Below are positions 25,601 to 36,580 of a stretch of 64,000 bases of DNA, piece after piece. The notes below the pieces were generated by a model, which had not been told where the DNA came from, made no database searches, and saw only the letters and a program-made list of their open reading frames with translations. This DNA comes from Oculina patagonica (taxonomy: Eukaryota), in NCBI RefSeq assembly GCF_052425735.1, contig NC_135763.1, forward strand, positions 38,316,001 to 38,380,000. Direction: 5' to 3'. The translations under genes and the position numbers were made by a program. Position 1 is the first letter of the stretch, and the number at the start of each line of letters is the position of its first letter.

Positions 25601-28600
25601 TGGAACCGAATCCCGTCGCGTAAAATTGCCAATTCACGTATCCCGTTGTTAATTTCAATCCCGAATCTCGCTTCCTTTTCCATGTAAAACCCCGGATCTA
25701 GGCTTTCGAATAAGCCAAATCCGGATCCCGAAAAACCTATTGGGGACCCTGCAGTCGTCTCACCGAGCTCTGTTGCCATGAAGAAAGTGCTATTTATGGG
25801 ATAACCTACCAGACAACGCCCTTAATCTCACTGGGATGATGTGGTCAGTGAGAACCGGTCAGTCGGTCGATCCTAATTTCAGAGCTAGGAATTCCTTAAC
25901 AACTTTCCCTCTCATGAAACACACGAAGTTTCCATGTATGTGGTGGATCCACACCTTATGAACAACCTTATTGAACACTTATTGCACTAGGATATATCAG
26001 TTTCTAGCTGCGTTATTTGAAACGTAAAGTTCCACCTAGGGAGGGGGCAATCAGTCATGATCCATGATTACCCTTAGCGTGAATAATGAGAAAAGCTAAC
26101 GGGGAAAATGCACAAAATAAAAATACGTTTCTTCCGATATATGACTGAACATTCTCTAACGAAACGTACTATATAACCGAATTTGAATTATTTTATTTTA
26201 CCTCAACTTCTTTCAGGGTATTATTGTGAATAAAACATTTCACAATACTAACAGGCTTGTGGCATCCAGTATTCGTTTTCCACGCGTTGAACAGACTGGA
26301 CCGCAGACCCTCCGGGTGACGCTTAAAAACGCCACCAGCGTTACTTCACTGAAACGTATACCATCCAAGTCTAATTGCGAGGATATGCTGAAAACTCTTC
26401 GCCTCGGAAAATACGCCGCTGTATCCTGTAACCTTGGTACTTTCGATATCCCGTCGTTAGAAGCTATTCGAAATGTTCATGGCCTGTGGGAGGTAGCATA
26501 CAACGTTCAAAGGGAAAGGGTATGGCTGGCCAAAAAGGTGGTTCCTCCGAATGAAAAGTGTTCATATTCCAAAAGCGACATGGTCTCATTCGGAAATCTG
26601 ATATGGAATAATCCTGATGGTAATGCAGTTCTAGATTATGATCGTTCTCTGCTAGCTTCTGATTTGGCCCTGCTTTCTGGTACCCAGTGGCTCAATTTCT
26701 CTGTGCTGGCAACTACTGCAAAAATTTTGCAGTCAGAAGGCAGAGAGACAAGTGTTCTTATGTTGAATGAGCTTCTTCAAATGGATGGCGACAGTATTCG
26801 TCAAGTTATTCAAGAGCGCGGAAAGTACACGAAATACGTTGTATTCTTCGTAAACGTGGGCAAGGCAGCAGAGGTATTTTTTGGCAGCCCGAACAGACCA
26901 GGCAATCATTGGACACTTCTGTACATCGACCTAACAACAAATGAATGGTACTATTGTGATCCCTATGGTTGGGGTACGCCAAAGAATATGAAGGCAGCAC
27001 TCCTCCCCATAGTCGCCACGTTTCATGAAGAAATCAACTTAAAGCCCAGGCCCTTCAAAAGATGTATGCAAGGTTCCGTCCCGAGTGGAAGTCAAAACGT
27101 TGGTTCCTTAAAGAATCTTCCCATCCAAACATGTCCAAATGTCTGTGGTGTTATAGCTGCGATATTAGGAGGTATTGCCTCGGCAGCCCCAATTCTCTGG
27201 AGAGAAGTGTTCCTCAGCGATATGGCAGAGATGCCCGACGAGCTGAAATGGTTAATGTTCCCTTCCGTATATTCTGATTTCCTGAGGTGCTCACTTGCTT
27301 CGTGGCTCGTGAATGGAAAAGTTAATCTCGAAGCTTTAGGGATTCACAACACACCGAGTGGTCATACCGATCGTCCAGCTCAAGCCGAAGCAGCTAACGA
27401 AGAGCAGCAAGCCTCGCCTTCCAAAAGGAGGAAACTACGGTCAAAGTTAAAAAGAAGGCAACGAAAACACCAGACGCCGAGTTCCCAAGATAAGCGAGAT
27501 GCCACCCATGACAGACAAAAAGCTGATCCTGAAGTTATTCATGTAGACGATTGTGCGAGTCCCAAGTGTGTTGATGATAATCGTGAGAACCATCGCTATC
27601 GTAGTGATTTTGCGGCTCCAGCACGTAATGGAGATGATTCGGAGGATCTAACATGTCCCAACTATGTTGATGGCTTTAATGATAGGTCAGTGGCTGCTAA
27701 GTGTGACGGAAACAATTGCGAGGGTTCTCAGAATGTCGGCGATGGGTCAGCGGTTGATAAGGATGACAGAGATGATTGCGAGGGCTCACAGAACGCCAGC
27801 GATATGTCAGCGGTTGGTAAGGATGACGGAGATGGTTGCAAGGGCTCACAGAATGCCAGCGATATGTCAGCGGTTGATAAGGATGATGGAGGTGGTTGCA
27901 AGGGCTCACAGAATGCCAGCGATATGTCAGCGGTTGATAAGGATGATGGAGGTGGCTGCGAGGGTTCACAGGACGTCGGCAATGGGTCAGCGGTTGATAA
28001 GGATGACGGAGATGGGTCAGCGGTTGATAAGGATGATGGGGATGGGTCAGCGGTTGATAAGGATGATGGGGATGGGTCAGCGGTTGATAAGGATGATGGG
28101 AATGGGTCAGCGGTTGATAAGGATGACGGAGATGGGTCAGCGGTTGATAAGGATGATGGGGATGGGTCAGCGGTTGATAAGGATGATGGGGATGGGTCAG
28201 CGGTTGATAAGGATGATGGGAATGGGTCAGCGGTTGATAAGGATGACGGAGATGGGTCAGCGGTTGATAAGGATGATGGGAATGGGTCAGCGGTTGATAA
28301 GGATGATGGAGGCGATAAGCAGTGCGAGGCGGTCGGTGATGTAGGTGAAACTCACCGTCAGCAGAAAAATGGCTCGTTTTACCTGGGTCAGCGAATCTCA
28401 AGCACTGAGGAACTTGAAAGGCTGATAAAATCTTACGAAGTTGAAAACTTTTGTGAACTATGGAAAAAAGATGCCCGGTCATTAAAGGCAGCAGAGAAAC
28501 GAGTCCCAAAGAGGGTAGCATTGGCTGATCCGTCTTTACATTACTATTCTGTGTTGCTGTCATGCAAGTTCGGTGGAGAACCAAGGGAAAAAAAAGACAG

Positions 28601-31600
28601 GATTAAAAACACAAAAACGTTTCGTCAGGGGTGCCCCTTTGAAATATATATCTCTTTAAGCAATGATGGTCAAGCGCTCCAAGTGGGTCGTATTCAAGAA
28701 AGTCACAACCATGACTTAACGAAAGAACTGTACGAGCGTCTACCTCGGCAGAGAACAGTATCAGTTGAAGAAAAAAAAGAGATAGAAAAAGCCTTGAAAC
28801 TGAAGGTAAACTCCAAGTTGCTGCAGCAACAAATAGAACAATCCACTGGCAAGAAAGTCACCCTGAAAGATATCGCTAACATGAAGCAAAAGACAAGAAA
28901 AGATATCAACAAAAACGACCTTGACAGCGTTATTGCCTACCTTCAGCAACAGCATGGATCCATTGCGGAAATTATAATTGACGAGGAAAACAATTTCAAG
29001 GGCATCTTCTACCAAGACGAGTACATGAAAGATATGTACCGCAAATTTCCAGAACTTATTCTTGTCGACGCAACCTACAAGTTGTTGGAACTAAGGATGC
29101 CGGTGTACCTAGTTCTCTGCATTGATGGTAATGGATTAAGCGAGATTGTCGCTATGTTTATCCTTGCCGATGAAACAAAGGCGGTAATTGAAGCAGCCGT
29201 TGGCGTTTTTAAGAAATTGAATCCTGCTTGTAGTGAAACAAAAGTAGTAATGTCCGACAAAGATTTTACAGAACGGGAAGCCTTTACCAACTGCTTTCCA
29301 GGTGCTTCATTGAATATCTGCCTGTTCCACACACTGCGCTCATTTAGAAGAGAAATAACTTGCGAAAAAATGGGAATAACGTCAGCCGAAAGGCATCGAT
29401 GTCTGGAGGTTCTGACTAATCTGGCCTATTCCAAATCACCAGAAGAATACGACAGGCGTTTGCAGGCACTGGATAACATCAGTTCGAGTGTAAAGGAGTA
29501 CATTGAACTAAACTGGATTCCCATAAAGGATCAGTGGGTGTCGTGTTTTAAAGATAGCACTCTTAACCTTGGTGAAAGAACAAACAATCGTTTAGAGACA
29601 ACTTTCGGAAAGATTAAGAGTGTCTGCAGCAAATACGCGAGCCTGATGCAGTTCTTCCATGAATTTTTTTCTGTTTTGGCATCTTTGAGAAGTGAACGGA
29701 ACCACCACTACTTGATGGCCTTGACGAGGCGACCAATAGACTACGGGAAGATGGATCACACACTACGGCTTTATTCAGACCTTTTGACTCCTTATTCTTT
29801 TAACTTTGTTCGTGAGCAGTTCACCAAAGCGAGCACCGTATCAACGATGTCCCAGACGGCAAAAGGAACCTTTGAAGTGGCTTCAACAAAAGGGCATAAT
29901 CCTGTCACAACAACGGCAGAGACATGTACTTGCTCATTTGCAAAACGCATGGGTCTCCCATGCAGACATATCTTTAGGGCAAGAACAATACTTCAGCTGC
30001 CCTTATTTGAGAGCAGCCTCCCCAGAAAGAGATGGACCAAGGACTTTTATACCACGCTGAAAGACTCACGATTTCCACCAGAAAACGTTGTGGCAGACGA
30101 TGGTCAAAGTGCTTTCACGGAGGACTGCCCTACACCGCAAGTGGTTTTGTCAGCACTAAACAAAGACGGGAAAGTTCTTTCCCAGGCCCAAAAATTTCGA
30201 AAAGGTTTGCAGGCTGGACAGATTATCGCATCGCTCACGAGTGAAGGTGGCATGGTGAGTTTCAGGAACAGATACCAGCTACTGCAAGACCTAATAAGTT
30301 ACTGGAAACTTGGCACTGAAGTAGTACTAACTCCACTAAAAAAGTCCAAAGCTCTTGAACATGCGATTCCTGAAGTCGAGTCAGTAGGTAACAGTGAGAT
30401 TGCTGAAGAGGATCAAAACGAATTAACCGATCAAGTTGTGTTTGAAAATCTTGATAATGGATTAGACATTCCTGAACAAATTAAAACTGAAACAAACAAA
30501 GGAGCTCTGAATGTCAAGTCGGAAATAACACAGGATTCGATAAATTGGCCAGACACTTCTGAAGAAATGAATATGGAAATCTCTGAACAGTCAATTAAAG
30601 GAGAATTTTGTCCTAAAATATCGGAGACTGATGTTAAAAGTGGGCCGGAAAAGCAAGGAAACTCAAATTATAGCTTCATAAATATGCCACCCAAAATTAT
30701 GAAACGGGGTCGACCTAAAGGCGCTGAATTGACAGTAGTTGGCCTTCCAAAATCCAAAAGACGCAAAGGAGACTCCAAGAAATTATTGCCGTTCAGCAAA
30801 CTCCCCCCGGATGAGAAATCCAGAATCATATTAGAGTGTCTCACCAGCCAATTGGCTGCCGCAGAAACTTTAAGTGGCAAGAGGTTGTTGAATGACAAAG
30901 ATGTACAGACCAACATCCACATGATAAGAGATACCATTAGAGACACTAGTAACGTTGATGTTCATCGTGTTCAGAAGTATTTTAACAATGACGGTTGGTT
31001 GGCTGTGCTAGGCGTTCTAAAGGAAAAACAAGATAGGGAATTTTTTTGCGAAGTTTGTGAAAAGGTCATATCAGACGACGTGCAAGATAGTATAGCTTGT
31101 GATCGATGCTTGTTATGGTTCCATTTTTCTTGTACATCGCTGAAAAAAAAGCCCAAAGTCCGCAACTGGTTTTGCAAGGGCTGCAAAGTCAAGTATCAAT
31201 AAGGCAATTGTCATAGAAATCACTTTTGTTCGCTGGAACCCGTGTAACAAACACATTACCATCTCTTTTACACTCTGTTCAAGTATCGTGGTGTTTCCAA
31301 AGATTTAAGACTGATTTCAAGGAATGTTTGTTCATTTAGAGAGTGACCGTCCTTACTGTATAGGTTTTGCACATAAAATGAACATAAGAACACTATTGCT
31401 TTTTCTTGAATCAGTCAAATGGACGAAAAAGAAACAGTTTTCTTTATGACGACTGCCTAACCTAGGAATACTAAGGTATAGGCTAAGGTATGTTTTTGTT
31501 ACTTAGTGAGTTCGTTAATCTCAAAACGTTTAAGGTGAACATTGTTATTATGTTTGATTGTTATTGTTATGTTTAAGGCGAACTTTAACTCAGTATTAAC

Positions 31601-34469
31601 TTGGAAATGTACACTGGCTTGCTCTAATAAAGTTTTAATATTTAACCCAGTTTTACCCAAGTTAGTAATCCATGATATACCGTAGAATTCCGAGAGAAAC
31701 GGTGCCCCGGAAAATTCACGGTTCCGCGAACGTAACGTGTATTTTACCTACCTATAGAACCCCGAAAGTACCGGCGCTTTGAAAAAGTCCTAAAAAGGGA
31801 TACCCTTATTAGTTACTAGGTCCAGTAGGACCCAGACCTAGATCAACAGAACCTCAACGCTATTAGGCACACGTTGCGAACTGATCTGAGAGTGGTCTCC
31901 TCACTGAGGGGACAAATCCCCTGAATTTGAAAAAATCTACTTGAGTGACTATATATAGAGGAACGCTTTGTATTTCTATTTAACCGAGAGCTTCGTCGCT
32001 TCCAACGCTATGTTACTTGCGAAGGGTTTCTTACCTTATTGATAAAACGTTTAACTTACCTTACAAATAACTAAGAAAACCGAGAGCTTCGTCGCTTCCA
32101 ACGCTAAGCCGTTTAGCCCACAGAAGAACTTCGTCGCTTCCAACGCTGAGTTCGTTTTGGCGCGAAAACCAACACCACGTGCCACCTTTGTCACGCCACT
32201 AAAGTGTCACACCGGAAGTTACATCGGTGGCGGACTTTCGTCACCGAACGCTCAAGCGTTTTGTAGCTATTTTGTACTACTTTGCCGAGGCAATTGTTGA
32301 GGCCTTAAGTTGGAAAATCGCTTGGTATTTCTACACCGACATCTCAGCAGGTTCAAATGGAAATTTTGATGGAAAAACGGGAAGCATTTTTGACTGCCGG
32401 GTATGTAGTCTTTGAAAAATCGTGCCCGTGAGTCACATAAAGTTCGTACAATTTGTGCAAAACCAAACTGACATTGTAAAAACTCGCTTGGTATTTCCGA
32501 CCGAAAATTGAAATACTGAAATACTCTCGGGAGCTAGGTTTCAATGATCATTTTTGTGGATATTGAATGTATTGATTATTCATGAATTTTTGACTGCCGG
32601 GTATCTAGTCTTTTGAACAACCGTGCCCGTGAGTCGAGGATTTTATAGTACGCCGAAGCCAAGAGAATTCGTCCACAACAAAAGCAAAACATTATTTAGA
32701 ATCGCTTCGCATTTCTCAGCAAATATCGAATACTCTCGCAGGGTTTCAACTTCAGTTTTTGTAGAAATTATTCTATAAGAGTTGACACCGGAGTCAGAGT
32801 ACGAATTTTTTCTAAGTGTCGAAGAATCAAGATTTTGTAGTATGCCCAAGCTCGAAAATTTCCTCAAACACAAAGCCAAAACTATAATTGAAATCGCTTG
32901 GCATTTCTAAGCAAAGATCTATAGTTTTGAGGAGGATTGGATTGGTTTTTCCGTGGAAATTCTAGAATAATTTCAGACTGCCGGGTATGTAGTATTTTGA
33001 AAACACTTCCCGGCTGCCGGGTATCTAGACACTATGTATTTTAAAACCAGTAACCATTTGTTATTAATTATTTAAGAGCAATATTTTTTTCCTTAGCAAC
33101 CATCTACATTTAAATTATTTTATTAAAAGAGCAACTTTGTTTGATCAGGTCTGTTTTATTAATTCAGACTGCTGAAAAATTTGTTTTTGAGAAATATGAC
33201 TTATTTTATTTCAATTTAAAGTTTATTTATTTATTGATATCTTTCCGAACAAATCCTTCATGTATTTACAACATGCAGGTGTTTAATTCTTTCAAACAAT
33301 ATTTGTCCGCATAATAAATTAAACCGATCCGGTTTCACTGTTTTGGAAGTTTACGTGATATAGCAGCTTTTTTATTTCTACACAAAAATCTTGCCCGGAC
33401 ATTATACTCCAAACTTTGTCCGGAAATTTAATAAACGCGTCATAAGGACTGAGCTTGTAGTGATTGAATAGTGTTAGTTGAAGCGGATAATCCTATCTAA
33501 GCCGGAAAATCGTACACAAAGCATATTATGTTCATATAGCGATTCTCGAAATTTTGTAGGAATGTTTCTTTGCACGATTATCCACTCACTTACCTTGGTT
33601 CCTTCCAAAGTGCGCAGTTCTTTAACTGAGTACTTCAACATGTCAGAAATGTCCTTTAAAACGTCTTCGAAGCTTTTTACCGTCTTTCTGTTTAACAAGA
33701 TTTTACATTTCTTGTTTTTATCGTACTCACTGAGGATTGTTATAACCCGCGGTTTCGGATTTCCGTCAGAATTGCTCCCGCCAAACTTCGAATCTCTACT
33801 TGACGAAGACAACGAAGAGCCATCAGACAAAGTTTCGACATCAAGCGAGCGAGGCTTGTCTTTCTGCTTTTGACCGTAGTTCACATTTTTTATAAGCTGG
33901 TCTCCTGAAGAACAGATATAATGCCTTCCATCCTCTAACTGGTTAATAGTTGTAATTGAACTTCCACCAGGCGAAAAAACATTTCTCACTCCGTACGGAA
34001 GTGGAATCGCTTTTGATAGGTCTTCAACAATGGTGTCGAAAGATCGATATCGTTGTCTAGTCACAACCATCTCAACACCTTTGAAATGTTTATCCCCATT
34101 ACGGTAAAACGTAACTCTTTTCACAGCATTTACTCTGCTTTTTCGCTGATCTTTTCCTGCTGGATCAGAGCTAGAATTATTAGGAAATTCTGGAGGATTT
34201 CGTGGCCGCCGAGGGTCGCCAACAGGAGGGTTTCCAATGGCTTCGTTATTCCTTGCTGGTAAAGGAATGCGACTATTAAGTTTACCATCTCTCTTCTGAG
34301 GTCTTCTTTCTCTTACATCTCTATCAATTTCAGGAAGTCTAACGTGATCGTTGTCCTCCAAATCGCTGTTACTGTCGGCAGGAAAAGGCCGTCCGCGATG
34401 ACTAGCGCCATTCGGCAATGCCCGACGCTGTTGTTGAAAATTACTGTAACCGCGTCCGCGATAAGACAT
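13690..34469 (-). CDS. Doublecortin-domain echinoderm microtubule-associated protein-like (DCX-EMAP/EML family), ~20 exons
   Basis: Exon 33594-34469 encodes DCX domains (VTFYRNGDKHFKG...RYRSFD; ILLNRKTVKSFE). Exons 22674-22854, 22409-22541 and 21829-21978 give the HELP motif (KLQLSWV|YGYHGKD...HYTGHADDI). WD40 exons run from ~21227 to ~14992; the last exon ~13690-14395 (LITTGSRDVCILQW) has a low-complexity tail. Internal exon borders are approximate. Confidence 0.9.
18245..18986. mobile_element. Foldback/MITE-like element with ~125-bp diverged inverted repeats, within a larger repeat-like intronic block (~17850-19860)
   Basis: TTACTTTTGCCG...TTCGATACAAAGTTCCCAACTTCGGCCCGA (~18245-18370) is the inverted counterpart of ~18858-18986. 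Confidence 0.65.
21522..21744. mobile_element. MITE with TAGACTG termini and 9-bp TSD (AcademH-like)
   Basis: GTTTGGCAC|TAGACTGT...ACAGTCTA|GTTTGGCAC. Confidence 0.85.
21979..22408 (-). other. U12-type (minor spliceosome) GT-AG intron in the HELP motif of DCX-EMAP
   Basis: 5'ss GTATCTTT; branch site TCCTTGAC ~12 nt before the AG; no polypyrimidine tract; phase 2 in W-V|Y-G-Y. Confidence 0.85.
22095..22350. repeat. Degenerate ~20-bp tandem repeat (CCACCTTAGAGAG core) inside the U12 intron
   Basis: About a dozen imperfect CCACCTTAGAGAG-like units. Confidence 0.7.
23407..24434 (+). repeat. Left TIR of the MULE
   Basis: Mirror of 32009-33036; internal repeats TA(G/C)ATACCCGGCAG (x4) and AGCGTTGGAAGCGACGAAG (x2). 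Confidence 0.95.
26217..31202 (+). CDS. MULE transposase fusion: Ulp1/C48-like protease - acidic repeat - WRKY/GCM1-type Zn finger - DDE - SWIM - AT-hook - PHD
   Basis: Protease motifs QWLN, NHWTLLYID, YYCDP, PIQ..NVCG; DNA-binding domain C..G...GCPF...HNH; DDE core LVDATY / MSDKD / CLFH / TNNRLE; SWIM CTC...LPCRH; KRGRPK; PHD CEVC..CDRC..WFHFSC..WFCKGC. In-frame acceptor ttctttcag| at 26216. Confidence 0.93.
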   Translation, partial: GIIVNKTFHNTNRLVASSIRFPRVEQTGPQTLRVTLKNATSVTSLKRIPSKSNCEDMLKTLRLGKYAAVSCNLGTFDIPSLEAIRNVHGLWEVAYNVQRERVWLAKKVVPPNEKCSYSKSDMVSFGNLIWNNPDGNAVLDYDRSLLASDLALLSGTQWLNFSVLATTAKILQSEGRETSVLMLNELLQMDGDSIRQVIQERGKYTKYVVFFVNVGKAAEVFFGSPNRPGNHWTLLYIDLTTNEWYYCDPYGWGTPKNMKAALLPIVATFHEEINLKPRPFKRCMQGSVPSGSQNVGSLKNLPIQTCPNVCGVIAAILGGIASAAPILWREVFLSDMAEMPDELKWLMFPSVYSDFLRCSLASWLVNGKVNLEALGIHNTPSGHTDRPAQAEAANEEQQASPSKRRKLRSKLKRRQRKHQTPSSQDKRDATHDRQKADPEVIHVDDCASPKCVDDNRENHRYRSDFAAPARNGDDSEDLTCPNYVDGFNDRSVAAKCDGNNCEGSQNVGDGSAVDKDDRDDCEGSQNASDMSAVGKDDGDGCKGSQNASDMSAVDKDDGGGCKGSQNASDMSAVDKDDGGGCEGSQDVGNGSAVDKDDGDGSAVDKDDGDGSAVDKDDGDGSAVDKDDGNGSAVDKDDGDGSAVDKDDGDGSAVDKDDGDGSAVDKDDGNGSAVDKDDGDGSAVDKDDGNGSAVDKDDGGDKQCEAVGDVGETHRQQKNGSFYLGQRISSTEELERLIKSYEVENFCELWKKDARSLKAAEKRVPKRVALADPSLHYYSVLLSCKFGGEPREKKDRIKNTKTFRQGCPFEIYISLSNDGQALQVGRIQESHNHDLTKELYERLPRQRTVSVEEKKEIEKALKLKVNSKLLQQQIEQSTGKKVTLKDIANMKQKTRKDINKNDLDSVIAYLQQQHGSIAEIIIDEENNFKGIFYQDEYMKDMYRKFPELILVDATYKLLELRMPVYLVLCIDGNGLSEIVAMFILADETKAVIEAAVGVFKKLNPACSETKVVMSDKDFTEREAFTNCFPGASLNICLFHTLRSFRREITCEKMGITSAERHRCLEVLTNLAYSKSPEEYDRRLQALDNISSSVKEYIELNWIPIKDQWVSCFKDSTLNLGERTNNRLETTFGKIKSVCSKYASLMQFFHEFFSVLASLRSERNHHYLMALTRRPIDYGKMDHTLRLYSDLLTPYSFNFVREQFTKASTVSTMSQTAKGTFEVASTKGHNPVTTTAETCTCSFAKRMGLPCRHIFRARTILQLPLFESSLPRKRWTKDFYTTLKDSRFPPENVVADDGQSAFTEDCPTPQVVLSALNKDGKVLSQAQKFRKGLQAGQIIASLTSEGGMVSFRNRYQLLQDLISYWKLGTEVVLTPLKKSKALEHAIPEVESVGNSEIAEEDQNELTDQVVFENLDNGLDIPEQIKTETNKGALNVKSEITQDSINWPDTSEEMNMEISEQSIKGEFCPKISETDVKSGPEKQGNSNYSFINMPPKIMKRGRPKGAELTVVGLPKSKRRKGDSKKLLPFSKLPPDEKSRIILECLTSQLAAAETLSGKRLLNDKDVQTNIHMIRDTIRDTSNVDVHRVQKYFNNDGWLAVLGVLKEKQDREFFCEVCEKVISDDVQDSIACDRCLLWFHFSCTSLKKKPKVRNWFCKGCKVKYQ
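27715..28312 (+). repeat. Coding tandem repeat: 60-bp units then 30-bp units encoding (SAVDKDDG[D/N]G)n
   Basis: GATGGGTCAGCGGTTGATAAGGATGATGGG repeated ~11 times, preceded by 60-bp variants. Confidence 0.95.
32009..33036 (-). repeat. Right TIR of the MULE
   Basis: Reverse complement of 23407-24434 (coordinate sums are constant at 56443). Confidence 0.95.
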
Positions 34470-35004
34470 CTTAAGTCCTCGAATCTGCCATGTCTAAATA
34501 TTTTTGAAGCAGATAACGAAGATCCATCTTAGTGTCGAGGAATGAATGCCAGAAATTTGCTAGAAGGGTCGCGTGAATCCATTCAAAACAAGCGATCCAG
34601 TTAATGAGCTGACACGAGGGAAATTAAGCTTAACTAAATTTAATGCAACGATGGTCTTTTCCCGTCTAGTTTTCAATAGTATTCAGCCCATTCAACTTCA
34701 CCACTTTCATTACCGTCGCTACGAAGCCGTTTTATCTCTTATAATCTCAGTCTTGTGTATACTGGAGTGACAGCAAAGACAACTTGTGTACTTTCTTGCA
34801 GCAGTTGCATTGTCACGCAGATATTGGTGAACAGTTCTAAGGACCCCTTTGTTTACTTGCCTACGGAATTGACTGTTAATCTCTGAAAGTGTCCCTTCCA
34901 TTGTTAAGTTAATCAACAGTGTTGTCAAGCATTCGTAACTAGGCAGGTGTTCGTGAATGAATGGGAAGACTTGATTCAAATGCAAATGTTCTGTGAAAGG
35001 AAGC

Positions 35005-35085
35005 ATGACTGCCGCCATCTTGACTCTGTGTTGCACGAGAGAGAGAGGGGCCTGGGAATTGAACTCGTGACCAGATGGCGGGAAA
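35005..35085. promoter_or_regulatory. Candidate bidirectional promoter (DCX-EMAP / MysC-like)
   Basis: Divergent YY1-like AGATGGCG motifs (minus ~35011-35022, plus ~35073-35081) around a GA repeat. Plus-strand donor AAG|GTAGGT at 35312 and acceptor ttttcctgccag| at 37021. Confidence 0.4.
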
Positions 35086-35695
35086 CCTTGCGGGACGTCG
35101 ATGCAGGATATCTGGGGATGTCTGGCGGGTTCTTGTATTGGGTTACATCCATTGCACAACAAAGTGGGAAAGTACTTCATGTCAAGCCAAAGAACCGGTG
35201 TGGACATTGACTGTGCACATTGCGATTTGCGAGATAAGGTTGTCACAGGAGTAGAATCGACTTATACACTTGTCAGTAGACTTGTGTAAAGATCTAACAG
35301 TGCTGTCCAAAGGTAGGTAATTATAATTCAAGTGTAATCTCGTACCCAGATGTATACTTACTGGGTACGAGATTAAATTTAAGTGCTTCTTTCGGACAAC
35401 TTTTGACACGGACTATATCACTAAACTCACTTACTATCTTATATTCAAGTTGTGATGTTCCCTGATGGGATCTGCTACCTAAGCTTTAACGTTTATTGAA
35501 AACCTAGCTTTTTATTGAGCTTATTGTTTATTTATCTCTCTTGATAATGAGAAGTGTGGTGTGATTACAACTTTGGGTATTATTAAAAGCTGATCCTGTA
35601 TGCATATCAGACTTGTATCACGGCAGGAGCTATTGGGTCTGGTCTGGAATATGAATGAAAAATCACATCGCACCAGTGGCAAATCTAAGAGGGGC

Positions 35696-36580
35696 TAGCC
35701 TGAATTTCAGACATCCCTCTGTGCTCGCCTGCTTGCCAGAAGGGACGTCTGAACACATTTGGGCCTAATGCCGTCCGGTGACGTCACTACCCGAAACCCG
35801 GCTAGTGATTTTGATTGGTTGATTTAAAAATTATTTGCATAATTATGTGAAATTATGACTGAATTTTACCGCGCGAGGATTGTAATTTGAAAACGTTTGG
35901 AAAGAGTTCGAAAGAGTTCACCTTCCCAGAAATGAATTTATTAGTCATTTACCTTGAGTTTATTACTTTATTAGTTTACCTACGGATGAAGAATAGTAAT
36001 GGAAATCGGTAGGTTTTAAGTTGGCGGCATTCGTCGCTTCGACATGCAGTGTTTTGCCAAATTTATATGTATTCTTGTTTTGTCAACAAAGCCGCTCGAC
36101 GCTTATGTCCTGCAGCCTCGATGAGCCAGTGATTTCTGAACTCAGTGCCCACAGTCAAGTAGGATATTTTTGTATTGAATTCCGTTTCTTGATGCCTCTG
36201 TAACCGTCTAAATTGATTCATTTAAGTACTCACGAGTGTGTTGTATTTGTCCGCTGCGTAACATATTATATTTTGATCGCTAGATAAAGCAAATCAGTTC
36301 AGATTGAATCGGTTCCGTAAAAGAAAATAGCCTGCAGTCGATTAAAATCTCATTCATTTGTCTCAAGTTTTCAATAGTTTACTATTAAAACAATTTTATA
36401 CCCTGTAATCCTTTATTGAAGAGATTTTTCTTTCACAATTTCATGGCCTCGACAGAAAATTTTCCGCATGAATTAAAACCAAAGTGTAGTGACGTCACCG
36501 GACGGCATTAGGCCCAAATGTGTTCAGACGTCCCTTCTGGCAAGCAGGCAAGCACAGAGGGATGTCTGAAATTCAGGCTA
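35696..36580. mobile_element. Non-autonomous element with ~95-bp TIRs (TAGCCTG...CAGGCTA) and 9-bp TSD (AcademH-like)
   Basis: AAGAGGGGC|TAGCCTGAATTTCAGAC ... GTCTGAAATTCAGGCTA|AAGAGGGGC; inserted at the end of a further MITE (~36582-36800). Confidence 0.9.

Larger units (their letters stand above)
23407..33036 (+). mobile_element. Full-length Mutator-like (MULE/MuDR) DNA transposon, 9,630 bp, 1,028-bp TIRs, 9-bp TSD
   Basis: TATTTTAAA|CATAGTGTCTAG ... CTAGACACTATG|TATTTTAAA (TSD 23398-23406 and 33037-33045). TIRs 23407-24434 and 32009-33036; three mirrored ORFs in the track translate identically. Confidence 0.97.

Noticed and set aside
27664-28584. Alternative-frame ORFs (226 aa plus, 295 aa minus)
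   Set aside because: Stop-free shadow frames of the 30-bp coding repeat.
34719-35246. 175-aa minus-strand ORF as an independent gene
   Set aside because: No recognisable domain and a non-ATG start in the track; treated only as a possible uORF.
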